Counted from the stretch's first letter, positions 1 through 7,721 are shown. The stretch: 15,423 nt of DNA from Dongiaceae bacterium (GCA_035511355.1 DATKFL010000338.1:1-15423); one strand, 5' to 3'. The notes: generated by a model not told the origin, from the letters alone. Numbers and translations: made by a program.

Positions 1-434
1 CGCTTCGGTGCGTCGATCAGGGATTGCTGAGACCTCCTTCCGGCTTGCCGCTGCTTGAACGGTTGCCCCACCTGGCTTCTGCGGTCGAGAACCTGATGGC
101 TCGCTCTCGACCGGATGCGGTCGCTGCCGAAGACCTGTTCGTGGCGCGGAACAGTCGAGTCGCCCTCCATCTCGGCCATGTGAGAGGTGCCATGCTCCTG
201 CCCCTCCTGCGCGCCGGCATTCCGGTTCACGAGTATGCCCCCCGTCAGGTGAAGAAGACCGTGACCGGCTACGGCGCCGCCGAGAAGCAACAGGTGAGGC
301 GGATGGTGTCGCTTCTGCTTGGCTACCCGGAGCGCTCGCTGCCGCTCGACGCCTCCGACGCGCTCGCGGTCGCCATCTGTCATGCGCATCTCGGCCGCGC
401 GCTTGCGAATGCGGTGCAGCATGCGGCGCGGTAG
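1..434 (+). CDS. ruvC: Holliday junction resolvase RuvC, 5'-truncated by the window edge (C-terminal ~144 codons present; frame codons begin at nt 3; stop TAG 432-434)
   Basis: Translation gives ...LPLLERLPHLASAVENLMARSRPDAVAAEDLFVARNSRVALHLGHVRGAMLLPLLRAGIPVHEYAPRQVKKTVTGYGAAEKQQV...DASDALAVAICHAH. This matches the conserved RuvC C-terminal half: the PD..AiE..F segment, KLGqARG-like segment, the 'eY.PrqVK' motif and the final catalytic D/H 'DAADAlA.A.cH'. The frame is open to nt 3, so the true start lies upstream of the window. Confidence 0.85.
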   Translation, partial: LRCVDQGLLRPPSGLPLLERLPHLASAVENLMARSRPDAVAAEDLFVARNSRVALHLGHVRGAMLLPLLRAGIPVHEYAPRQVKKTVTGYGAAEKQQVRRMVSLLLGYPERSLPLDASDALAVAICHAHLGRALANAVQHAAR

Positions 435-3432
435 AAAGACACCTCCGCCGGCCTCTTCCCCCACCGTGGAGGCCGCCACGCGGTCGACGCTTCGCCGATG
501 GCTCTTCGCCGTCCTCGCTACCGTGGTCGGCCTGGGTCTCCTGTTCACCGTCTACCTTCCGGCCGGGGCCACGGGGATCCGATCCTGGCGGGGCGGGGGA
601 ACCGCCACCCGCGTCGACCCCGGCCTCGTGTTCCGAATCCCGGGGCTTCAGCGGGTCGAGCGGTTTCCCGGGGGCGTGATCTCCGTCGCCGGAAAGGTGG
701 CGGCACCGTCGCGCGAGGGCGCGACCATCGATCTGCCGTATTCGGTTGGCGTGCGGCCGCGACCCTCCGATCTGCTCGCGCTCGCGGGGGAGGCCGCCGG
801 GGACGTGACTGGCGCGCTCACGACGATTTCGGAGTCGGCGCTTCGCGAAATGGCCGCCGTCGTCGGAACCCAGGAACTCGCCTCGGGAGCGGCCCGTGAC
901 ACGCTCGAGTCGCGACTGGTCGAGAGGCTGCGCGATCGTTTCCCCGAGGCGGAAGTGACGGTACGGCTGGGGAGCCCCGACGTGTCGGCGGCCGTCCGGG
1001 CCTCCTTCGCCCGCGAGGCCGTTTACGGACGCCGCGTCGAGACAGGGCTGAAGGTCATTCTCGTCGGCTGGGACGGCGCCGACTGGGACGTCATCGATCC
1101 TCTGATCCGGGCAGGCGAGTTGCCGAACATCGCGCGCCTGCGGCGCGAAGGAGTCTGGGCGAGGCTGCGTTCGAGCGTGCCGACCCTGTCGCCGCTTCTG
1201 TGGACGACGGTGGCGACCGGGAAGTCTCCCGATCGACACGGCATCAACGACTTCCTCGTGCTCGACCCGCAGAGCGGCCGCCGCGTGCCGATCAACTCCA
1301 CCTTCCGACGTGCGCGAGCCTTCTGGAACATCCTCACCGAAGCCGGGATCCCGGTCGACGTCATCGCCTGGTGGGCCACCTGGCCGGCCGAACCGGTGCG
1401 CGGCCATCTGATCTCGGATCGAGTGGCCTACAGCACCTTCAACATGGCCTCCGATCAAGCGCGCTCCGGCGCGGTCTTCCCGCCGGCGTACGCGGCCACC
1501 GTGGAACGGCTCAAGGTGCCGGAATCGGCCATCGACTGGCGCCGGGTGCGGCGCTTCCTCGACGTGGACGAGGCCGAATTCGCCGCGGCGCGGCGCGCCG
1601 GACCCGACGCTCCGCCGACCGAGACGCAACAGTCGATCGACGTCTTCGTCCGGGTCCTCGCGGCCACCGAGACCTACCGGCAGGTCGCCCTTGATCTCCT
1701 GCGCCAGGGCGACCCGCGGGCGCAGTTGTTCGCCGTCTACTTCCAGGGGATTGACGAGGTGAATCATCGGTTCGCCCACTGCGCGCCGCCGCGCGCGGCG
1801 CTCTGTTCCGACGGCGACTACAGGAGGTTCCATCGCGTCGTCGACGAGTTCTATCGCTTCTCGGACGAAATCCTCGGGGAGCTGATCGCGGCCGCCCCCG
1901 GCGCCACGGTGGTGGTGCTTTCGGACCACGGGTTCGCGAGCGGCGACGGCCGGCCGGACGACGTGAAACCGTTCATCGAAGGGAAGCCCGGCCTCTGGCA
2001 CGATCTCCTCGGCATCTTCGCCGCCGCCGGCCCCGCGATCGGTCACGGCGAGGTTCCGACGGTCACCCTCTATGACATCGCGCCGACGCTCCTGTACCTC
2101 GTGGGGCTTCCGGCCGCCGACGACATGCCGGGGAAAGTGCTCGAGCGGGCCCTCGCGCCCGACTTCCTGACGGCGCACCCGGTTCAGCGCGTGCCGTCGT
2201 TCGAAGGTCTTGGGAGCAGCGAGGCGGGCCAGGCTGAAACCCGCCGCGCCGCGGAGGCGATGGCCTCCGGCGCCGAGGACGAAATCGTCGACCAGTTGCG
2301 ATCGCTCGGGTATATCGGCGGCTCGGACACCCAAAGCACGTCCGGCTCCTCCGGCGCCACGACTCTTTCCGGTGGAGTGGAGGCGGCTCCCGGGGCGCCG
2401 GCAGGCGACGCCCCGCAGGACAATCCCGGCGGGGTTCCGACTCTCCTCTATCACACCAATCTGGCGGCGGTGCACCTGGCGAAGGGGCGAATCGATCTCG
2501 CTGAGGCGGAGTTCAACAAGGCGCTCGCGATCGACCCGCGCGCTCCCGAGGCCCTCACCGGCATGGCGGTGGTCCACGAAATGAAGGGGGAGCCGGAGAA
2601 GGCGCTCGAGATCCTGCGCGGTCTGGTGGCCGCCGATCCGGTGTATGCGCCGGCCCGCCTCCAGAAGATGGCCGGGTTGTACGTCCGGATGGGGCGGCCC
2701 GCCGACGGGGTGGCCTATTTCGCGGGGCTGCGCGGGCCCGCGGAGGCTTCGTTCGAGGAAGGGCGTCTCGTCGCCCTCGCGATCGTCCAGTCGGCGTCCG
2801 GGGGCGCCGCCGAGGCGGAGCGCTCGCTCGAAGGCGCCCTCAAGGCGTCGCCGGCGTCGATCGCGGCGTTTCAGGAGTTGTTCACGCTCCTCGATGCGCA
2901 GGGGCGGGCGGTCGAGATGGAGAGCCGCCTGCGCGCCGCGATTCGCCTCGCGCCGCACGCCGGCATGCTGCACAACTGGCTGGGCCTCGTGCTCAAGAGG
3001 AAGGGCGACCTGCATGGCGCCGAAATCGAGTTCCGTCTGGGGCTGGAGGCGGCCCCCGATCTGGTCGGCCTGATGGCCAATCTCGGCGGCCTGTACCTGC
3101 AGGAAGGGAGGGCCTCGGAGGCGGTCGCCCTCCTCGACCGTGCGCTCGAGCGCGATCCACGCAACGTCGAGGCGCGCACCAACCTCGTCGTGGCCCTCGG
3201 GCTCGATCACGACCTCGACCGGGCGCGCACGCGTGTCGACGAGGCGGAGAAGCAGGGTCAGAAGGCTCCGACGATCCACAACGCGCTCGCCTTCGTCCTG
3301 CACGTGAGCGGACGCGACGAGGAGGCGCTGGCGGAAGTCGACAAGGCGCTGGCGATCGACCCCCGTCAGCCCGATTCTCTCCGGCTGCGTCAGGAGATCG
3401 AGGGCGGCGCTCCGCCGACAGGGTATCGTTGA
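421..3432 (+). CDS. Membrane-anchored multidomain protein: signal anchor + SPFH/band-7-like domain + type I phosphodiesterase/nucleotide pyrophosphatase (alkaline phosphatase superfamily) domain + Ser/Gly/Pro-rich linker + C-terminal TPR repeats. The track ORF is 319..3432; the start is probably ATG 421 or GTG 466.
   Basis: Single open frame of 1037 codons. An AlkP-like metal-binding motif VILVGWDGADWD is followed by VPTLSPLLWTTVATGKSPDRHGINDF, which aligns with the NPP nucleophile motif (FPTKTFPNHYSIVTGlyPesHGIidN). A later VVVLSDHGF matches the NPP 'SDHG' metal-binding motif. The C-terminus shows multiple 34-residue TPR-like units (e.g. AAVHLAKGRIDLAEAEFNKALAIDPRAPEAL, WLGLVLKRKGDLHGAEIEFRLGLEAAPD, LGGLYLQEGRASEAVALLDRALERDPRN). 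The candidate starts upstream of 421 would overlap ruvC by more than 25 nt and are therefore unlikely. Confidence 0.8.
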   Translation: MRRGRKTPPPASSPTVEAATRSTLRRWLFAVLATVVGLGLLFTVYLPAGATGIRSWRGGGTATRVDPGLVFRIPGLQRVERFPGGVISVAGKVAAPSREGATIDLPYSVGVRPRPSDLLALAGEAAGDVTGALTTISESALREMAAVVGTQELASGAARDTLESRLVERLRDRFPEAEVTVRLGSPDVSAAVRASFAREAVYGRRVETGLKVILVGWDGADWDVIDPLIRAGELPNIARLRREGVWARLRSSVPTLSPLLWTTVATGKSPDRHGINDFLVLDPQSGRRVPINSTFRRARAFWNILTEAGIPVDVIAWWATWPAEPVRGHLISDRVAYSTFNMASDQARSGAVFPPAYAATVERLKVPESAIDWRRVRRFLDVDEAEFAAARRAGPDAPPTETQQSIDVFVRVLAATETYRQVALDLLRQGDPRAQLFAVYFQGIDEVNHRFAHCAPPRAALCSDGDYRRFHRVVDEFYRFSDEILGELIAAAPGATVVVLSDHGFASGDGRPDDVKPFIEGKPGLWHDLLGIFAAAGPAIGHGEVPTVTLYDIAPTLLYLVGLPAADDMPGKVLERALAPDFLTAHPVQRVPSFEGLGSSEAGQAETRRAAEAMASGAEDEIVDQLRSLGYIGGSDTQSTSGSSGATTLSGGVEAAPGAPAGDAPQDNPGGVPTLLYHTNLAAVHLAKGRIDLAEAEFNKALAIDPRAPEALTGMAVVHEMKGEPEKALEILRGLVAADPVYAPARLQKMAGLYVRMGRPADGVAYFAGLRGPAEASFEEGRLVALAIVQSASGGAAEAERSLEGALKASPASIAAFQELFTLLDAQGRAVEMESRLRAAIRLAPHAGMLHNWLGLVLKRKGDLHGAEIEFRLGLEAAPDLVGLMANLGGLYLQEGRASEAVALLDRALERDPRNVEARTNLVVALGLDHDLDRARTRVDEAEKQGQKAPTIHNALAFVLHVSGRDEEALAEVDKALAIDPRQPDSLRLRQEIEGGAPPTGYR
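493..558 (+). other. Predicted N-terminal signal-anchor / transmembrane helix (RRWLFAVLATVVGLGLLFTVYL) of the multidomain protein
   Basis: A positively charged n-region (R, R) is followed by an uninterrupted hydrophobic stretch of about 20 residues. Confidence 0.55.
580..1020 (+). other. SPFH (band 7 / stomatin-HflK/C-like) domain, tentative
   Basis: Segments DPGLVFRIPGLQRVERFP ... ATIDLPYSVGVRPRPSDLLAL ... ISESALREMAAVVGTQELASGAARDTLESRLVERLRDRFPEAEVTVRLGSPDV follow the SPFH pattern (PGLhf.iPfid.v..vd.R ... v.vD..v.yrI.dP ... LRnvlG..tLdell..Re.i...l...l......G..v..V.i.dV). Assigned by eye only. Confidence 0.45.
1061..2170 (+). other. Type I phosphodiesterase / nucleotide pyrophosphatase (NPP, alkaline phosphatase superfamily) catalytic domain
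   Basis: GWDGADWD (metal-ligand Asp), PTLS...TGKSPDRHGI (nucleophile Ser/Thr + His), SDHGF and HD motifs appear in the canonical order for the Phosphodiest/AlkP-like fold. Confidence 0.75.
2443..3420 (+). repeat. Array of ~8-9 tetratricopeptide (TPR) repeats at the C-terminus of the multidomain protein
   Basis: Recurrent 34-aa units carrying the W/L-G-Y-A-F-A-P signature positions. A/L-rich helical hairpins end in '...ALAIDPR', '...ALERDPRN' and '...ALAIDPRQP'. Confidence 0.75.
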
Positions 3433-3436
3433 GCCG

Positions 3437-4039
3437 ATGATTGCCCATCTGCGCGGCACGGTTCTGGACAAGGCACCCGGCAGCGTCGTGATCGAGGCGG
3501 GCGGGGTGGGATACGAGCTGACCATCCCGCTCTCGACCTACGCCACGCTCGGGGAGGCGGGGGCGTCGGTGGCGCTGCACGTGCACACGCATGTGCGTGA
3601 GGAGGCGCTGGCGCTCTTCGGGTTCGCGACCCGACTCGAGAAGGCCCTCTTCCAGCGCCTGATTGGGGTGAGCGGGGTCGGCCCCAAGACGGCCGTGGCC
3701 CTTCTCTCGGGTCTCGGGGCCGAAGCGCTCATCGGGGCGGTGCGTGCCCGGGACGTGCGCCGCCTGGCGACCGTGCCGGGGATCGGGCGCAAGACCGCCG
3801 AGCGGATCGCTCTCGAGATCGCCGATCGGATCGAAGCCCTGGCCCGCGGCGCCGCGCTGCCGGCGAAAGGCCCCGCGCGGATGCAGGACGACCTCGTCTC
3901 GGCGCTCGTCAACCTCGGCTACAATGCCCGCGCCGCCGAAGACGCGGTGGCCGCCGCGATCGACGGACAGGAGGCGGGCGTCCCGTCGGTCGGATTCGAG
4001 GCGCTCTTCAGGCAGGCGCTCCGATCGCTCGCGCGCTGA
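3437..4039 (+). CDS. ruvA: Holliday junction branch-migration complex subunit RuvA
   Basis: [34 protein letters not shown]...LFGF...[24 protein letters not shown]...[12 protein letters not shown]. This shows the canonical RuvA N-terminal OB domain and two helix-hairpin-helix motifs. The ATG lies 4 nt after the stop of the upstream gene. Confidence 0.93.
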   Translation: MIAHLRGTVLDKAPGSVVIEAGGVGYELTIPLSTYATLGEAGASVALHVHTHVREEALALFGFATRLEKALFQRLIGVSGVGPKTAVALLSGLGAEALIGAVRARDVRRLATVPGIGRKTAERIALEIADRIEALARGAALPAKGPARMQDDLVSALVNLGYNARAAEDAVAAAIDGQEAGVPSVGFEALFRQALRSLAR

Positions 4040-4092
4040 AGCCCGCCTGGCGACGCGCTTTCTCGGCGCCGTCGCGATCGGCGGTACCGGGG

Positions 4093-5262
4093 GTGGCGAT
4101 GGGCGGTCGGACGGAAGGACCCGAGCGAACCGGGCGGCCTCGACGCGGCACCAAAGCGCCGACAACGCCGGATCCTGTTGCCGCGCCCCTGGCCGACGCG
4201 CCCGCCCCGATCGCCGGGCCGGCCCCGACGGCGGGCGAGGCGCTCCTCGACCCGAGCGGCGGGCGCGATGAGCGGGCCGCCGAGGCCGCCCTCCGGCCGC
4301 GCAGCCTCGGCGAGTACATCGGCCAGGAGCGCATGAAGGCGAACCTCACCGTCTTCATCCGCGCGGCGCGCGAGCGCGGCGAGCCGCTCGACCACGTTCT
4401 CCTGTATGGCCCGCCGGGTCTGGGCAAGACGACGGTGGCGCACATCCTCGCGGGGGAAATGGGGATGGTCCTGCGGTCCACCTCGGGACCGGCGCTCGAG
4501 CGTGCCGGCGACCTGGCCGCCATCCTGACCAATCTCGAGGGGGCGGGGATCCTGTTCATCGACGAGATCCACCGGCTCCATCCGGCCCTCGAGGAGATCC
4601 TGTACCAGGCGATGGAGGACTTCCGTCTCGACATCGTCATCGGCCAGGGCCCGGGGGCGCGCACGGTGAAGATCGATCTCCCGCGCTTTACCCTGATCGG
4701 CGCGACCACGCGCATCGGCCTGATTACCGGGCCGCTCCGCGATCGCTTCGGTATCGTCCACCACCTCGACTTCTATCCCGTCGAGGACCTGGTGCGCATC
4801 GTCCGTCGCTCGGCCGGACTGCTCGCCGCCCCGGTGGACGAAGAGGGCGCCGCGGCGATCGCCCGCCGGGCGCGCGGCACCCCGCGGATCGCCAACCGGC
4901 TCCTGCGCCGGGTGCGCGATTTCGCGCAGGTGGAACAGTCCCCGACGATCGATGGCCCGGTGGCCGATCGCCATCTCGAGCGCCTCGAGGTGGATCGCTT
5001 CGGTCTCGATCGCCTCGACCGGAAAATCCTGATGACCATCCACGAGAAGTTCGACGGCGGACCGGTCGGTCTGTCGACCCTGTCCGCCGCCATCGGCGAG
5101 GAGCCGGACACACTCGAGGAAATCTACGAGCCGTACCTGATGCAGATCGGTTTTCTCGACCGGACGGCGCGCGGCCGGCGGATCACCCGCCGAGCGCTCG
5201 AGCACCTGCAGCCCGGCCGGCCCGGGGGTCCGGAACAGGAGCGGCTGTTCCGCAGTTCCTGA
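4093..5262 (+). CDS. ruvB: Holliday junction branch-migration ATPase RuvB (GTG start at 4093 or ATG at 4099; ~70-aa Pro/Ala-rich N-terminal extension)
   Basis: [48 protein letters not shown] (Walker A) ... [10 protein letters not shown] (Walker B) ... [18 protein letters not shown] (sensor 2 / winged helix). These features are colinear with E. coli RuvB throughout. A G-rich SD-like stretch GGGGGTGG lies just upstream. Confidence 0.93.
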   Translation: MAMGGRTEGPERTGRPRRGTKAPTTPDPVAAPLADAPAPIAGPAPTAGEALLDPSGGRDERAAEAALRPRSLGEYIGQERMKANLTVFIRAARERGEPLDHVLLYGPPGLGKTTVAHILAGEMGMVLRSTSGPALERAGDLAAILTNLEGAGILFIDEIHRLHPALEEILYQAMEDFRLDIVIGQGPGARTVKIDLPRFTLIGATTRIGLITGPLRDRFGIVHHLDFYPVEDLVRIVRRSAGLLAAPVDEEGAAAIARRARGTPRIANRLLRRVRDFAQVEQSPTIDGPVADRHLERLEVDRFGLDRLDRKILMTIHEKFDGGPVGLSTLSAAIGEEPDTLEEIYEPYLMQIGFLDRTARGRRITRRALEHLQPGRPGGPEQERLFRSS

Positions 5263-5263
5263 A

Positions 5264-5280
5264 GCGGCACCTCCCGCCGC
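5264..5280. terminator. Weak candidate bidirectional terminator hairpin between convergent ruvB and GGDEF genes (GCGGC-acctccc-GCCGC)
   Basis: A 5-bp GC stem with a 7-nt loop sits in the 33-nt gap between two convergent stop codons. There is no U-tract, so this is very tentative. Confidence 0.15.
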
Positions 5281-5295
5281 ACCGGCCACGTCCGA

Positions 5296-6795
5296 TCATC
5301 GCCCCTGTGCCGCCCCCGCCGGCGGGGCCTCGGCGACCCGGTCCCGCCCGCCTTCCTTCGCGCGATACAAGGCCCGATCGGCGGCCTCGAGAAGCCCGCG
5401 GCCGTCCGACGCGCTCGCCGGGATGGCGGCGACCCCGAACGAGGCGGTGAGGGTCAGGGCGGGACCGGCTGCCTCGATCTGCAACGGGGCTCCGGCGATG
5501 TCGGCGCGCAGGCCCTCGGCGAGACGGGCCGCCGCCGGAGCGTCCGATCCGGGCAGGAGCACGGCGAACTCCTCGCCGCCGTAACGCGCCACCACATCCG
5601 ACCGCCGGACCCGCCGCACCAGGAGCCCGACGACGTGCCGCAGCGCGGCGTCGCCGGCCGGATGGCCATAGGTGTCATTGACGCGCTTGAAATGGTCGAT
5701 GTCGACCATGACGAGCGCCACCGGCAGGCCGGTGGTGACCGCGCGGGCGGCCTCCTTGGCCAGCAGGACGCTGAAGTGCCGGTGGTTGCAGGCCCCGGTC
5801 AGACCGTCGACCTCCGCCATCCGGCGGGTGGTTTCGAGCAGCCGCTGGTTCTCGACGGCGACCGCGAGCAGGTCGGCCAGCCGCTGGAAAAGATCGAACT
5901 CCTCCGGCTCATAGGCATGCCGTCGGCGGCTCGCGACCCGGAGAGCGCCGATCACCCGGCCGCGGGATCGCAACGGGATCGTCATGTCGCTCTGCGCGCC
6001 GGCGCGCGGCAGGGTTTCGCGGAATCTCAGTTCGTTGGCGACGTCGTTGCGCCAGAGCGGCTCGCTGCGGCTGGTGACATACCCGAGGTGATGGCTTTCG
6101 TCGCACACGAAGCGGCCGGCGATCCGGCCCCGGTTCTCCGCGCTGCGACCGGTCACGGTCACCGCGGTAATCGAGGATTCGTCGACCAGGCCGATGTCGG
6201 CGCGGTCCACGGGAAACAGGCGCGCCAGCTCGGCAGCGATCGCAGCGAGGAGCCGGTCCAGGTCCTCGGCCGCCGCCGACGCGGAGGCGATCTCGAGAAA
6301 CGACAGCAGCACGCCGGAGTGGTCGCCGACACCCTCCTCGGCGAGCGCCTCCGGGTGCGCATCGGCGCAATCGGCGTGGCTCAAGTCGGGAAGCGCGGCT
6401 CCGGTTCGGTCGGCCGTGATCGCGCCCGCGGAGAGGGGATGGCCGATCGCCAGGCGCACGGCACGCGGCGTGTCGCCTGCCTCCGGAAGGAGGCAGGCCG
6501 CGAGACCGAGCTCTTCCGCTGCGAGGGTTATTTGCGCGGCCGCCAGAAAGCAGGCCCCAAGGTCGTCCGAGAGAGGCGCGGGGGTGAGTTCGAAGACCGC
6601 AGGGGCTCCGGCGATTCCGTGCCGCGGATGTCGCTCCGCAGCCATGGCGCGCACCTGCACGACCGGGGCCGGGGTTCCGTACGGGAGCCTGCGGGCCGCG
6701 CTCTCGAGCCTCCGCCGTACGTCGTCCGGGACCGGTTCGGCGGAGAACCCGGGGTGGCGGTCGGGACGCCTCGCCAGAAGATCAAGGACTCCCAT
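5296..6795 (-). CDS. GAF-domain-containing diguanylate cyclase (GGDEF domain, active-site GGEEF, RxxD I-site present)
   Basis: The C-terminal half reads ...EVDGLTGACNHRHFSVLLAKEAARAVTTGLPVALVMVDIDHFKRVNDTYGHPAGDAALRHV...VRRSDVVARYGGEEFAVLLPG...FGVAA...ADRALYRAKEGGRDRV. This is the canonical GGDEF fold with GGEEF and the upstream RRSD inhibitory site. The preceding ~150 aa (...FVCDESHHLGYV...IPLRSRGRVIGALRV...) look like a GAF domain. GGAGG lies 6 nt upstream of the ATG. Confidence 0.88.
   Translation of the reverse strand: MGVLDLLARRPDRHPGFSAEPVPDDVRRRLESAARRLPYGTPAPVVQVRAMAAERHPRHGIAGAPAVFELTPAPLSDDLGACFLAAAQITLAAEELGLAACLLPEAGDTPRAVRLAIGHPLSAGAITADRTGAALPDLSHADCADAHPEALAEEGVGDHSGVLLSFLEIASASAAAEDLDRLLAAIAAELARLFPVDRADIGLVDESSITAVTVTGRSAENRGRIAGRFVCDESHHLGYVTSRSEPLWRNDVANELRFRETLPRAGAQSDMTIPLRSRGRVIGALRVASRRRHAYEPEEFDLFQRLADLLAVAVENQRLLETTRRMAEVDGLTGACNHRHFSVLLAKEAARAVTTGLPVALVMVDIDHFKRVNDTYGHPAGDAALRHVVGLLVRRVRRSDVVARYGGEEFAVLLPGSDAPAAARLAEGLRADIAGAPLQIEAAGPALTLTASFGVAAIPASASDGRGLLEAADRALYRAKEGGRDRVAEAPPAGAAQGR
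5835..6285 (-). other. GAF-like sensory domain of the diguanylate cyclase (approximate boundaries)
   Basis: Pattern typical of GAF domains: hydrophobic core strands, a 'P.....G..GvL' like segment (IPLRSRGRVIGALRV), and position immediately N-terminal to the GGDEF domain. Confidence 0.5.
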
Positions 6796-6836
6796 GGAGG
6801 ACCTCCCCGGGCACCGAACTCGGGGGACCGGACCGG

Positions 6837-7721
6837 TCAGCGGCTCCCGCTGCCCGAGGCCGGCTGGCCGCCGGTGCGATAGCCGCGCGGATCGATCTCC
6901 ACGTCGAGATACCCGGCGTCGCGGGCGGCCAGGTCGATGGCCGACCGCGCCACCCCGGAAAGCGCGCGCGGCAGGTCGGCCGGGTCGAGCTCGACACGCG
7001 CCAGGGGACCATGATGGCGGACGCGGACCTGACGATACCCCAGCCCGCGGATCGCCTGTTCCGCTCGGTCGATCTGTCGGAGCGCCGCCTCGGTGACTGG
7101 CGTCGACCGCGGCAGGCGCGAGGCCAGACAGGCCATCGCCGGCTTGTCCCAGTTCGCCAGCCCGGCTCGACGGGCGAGATCGCGAATCGCCGGCTTCGTG
7201 AGACCGGCTTCGACCAGAGGTGCCCGGACCCCGGCCTCTGCGGCGGCCCTCAGCCCGGGCCGGTCATCGGCGAAGTCCTCCGGAATGGCCCCGTAGAGAA
7301 TCGCGCGCCCCGGCGCCACGCCTTCGAGCGTGCGCAGGGCGTGGAAGAGCGCGCGTTTGCAGAAGTAGCAACGGCGCCCGTCGTTCGCCACATACCCCGG
7401 CTCGTCCATCTCGTCGGTGGTGACCAGCCGGTGCGCGGCACCGATGCGGCGCGCCAGGTCGACCGTCTCCTGTCGTTCGGCCTCGGCGAGGGACGGGGAG
7501 ACCGCGGTGACCGCGAGGACCTCGCCGCCCAGGACGGTGTGCGCCGCATACAACAAATAGGTGCTGTCGACCCCCCCGGAAAAGGCGACAATCGACGGAC
7601 CGATGCCGGAGAGTATCGATCGGAGGCGCGATTCGGGGGGGGAGTTCAAGCCGGCGCTCCGGGCAGGTCGGCCTGGCCGGCCGGAAGCCGGCTTGGGCGC
7701 TCTCCAATGGCATATAAGCAT
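6837..7721 (-). CDS. larE: LarE-family ATP-dependent sulfur transferase (PP-loop ATP pyrophosphatase, TIGR00268-like). Longest ORF starts ATG 7721; a TTG at 7649 with a GGAG SD 7 nt upstream gives a better-fitting N-terminus.
   Basis: PP-loop IVAFSGGVDST. The C-terminal segments DDRPGLRAAAEAGVRAPLVEAGLTKPAIRDLARRAGLANWDKPAMACLASRLP and GYRQVRVRHHGPLARVELDPADL are near-colinear with Lactobacillus plantarum LarE (DYRPGLKARSEAGARSLLQEADFFKTDVRALAQELGLTNWNKVASCSVSSRFP ... GFPTVRVRFHNDIARIELPEARI). This includes the conserved sulfur-donor Cys. Confidence 0.85.
   Translation of the reverse strand: MLICHWRAPKPASGRPGRPARSAGLNSPPESRLRSILSGIGPSIVAFSGGVDSTYLLYAAHTVLGGEVLAVTAVSPSLAEAERQETVDLARRIGAAHRLVTTDEMDEPGYVANDGRRCYFCKRALFHALRTLEGVAPGRAILYGAIPEDFADDRPGLRAAAEAGVRAPLVEAGLTKPAIRDLARRAGLANWDKPAMACLASRLPRSTPVTEAALRQIDRAEQAIRGLGYRQVRVRHHGPLARVELDPADLPRALSGVARSAIDLAARDAGYLDVEIDPRGYRTGGQPASGSGSR

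Noticed and set aside
319-420. TTG 319 (and ATG 382/409) as start of the multidomain gene
   Set aside because: It would overlap ruvC by 25-116 nt and add an Arg/Ser-rich unstructured N-terminus. ATG 421 or GTG 466 immediately precedes a well-formed signal anchor. The exact start remains uncertain without RBS support.
498-899. 133-aa Arg/Gly-rich + ORF in an alternative frame inside the multidomain gene
   Set aside because: It is embedded out-of-frame in a region with clear SPFH-like coding signal in the other frame. Composition typical of frameshifted high-GC sequence.
2993-5289. - strand ORFs 2993..4165 (390 aa) and 3919..5289 (456 aa) overlapping ruvA/ruvB
   Set aside because: They are antisense to unmistakable RuvA/RuvB coding sequence. 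Arg/Pro/Gly-rich low-complexity translations.
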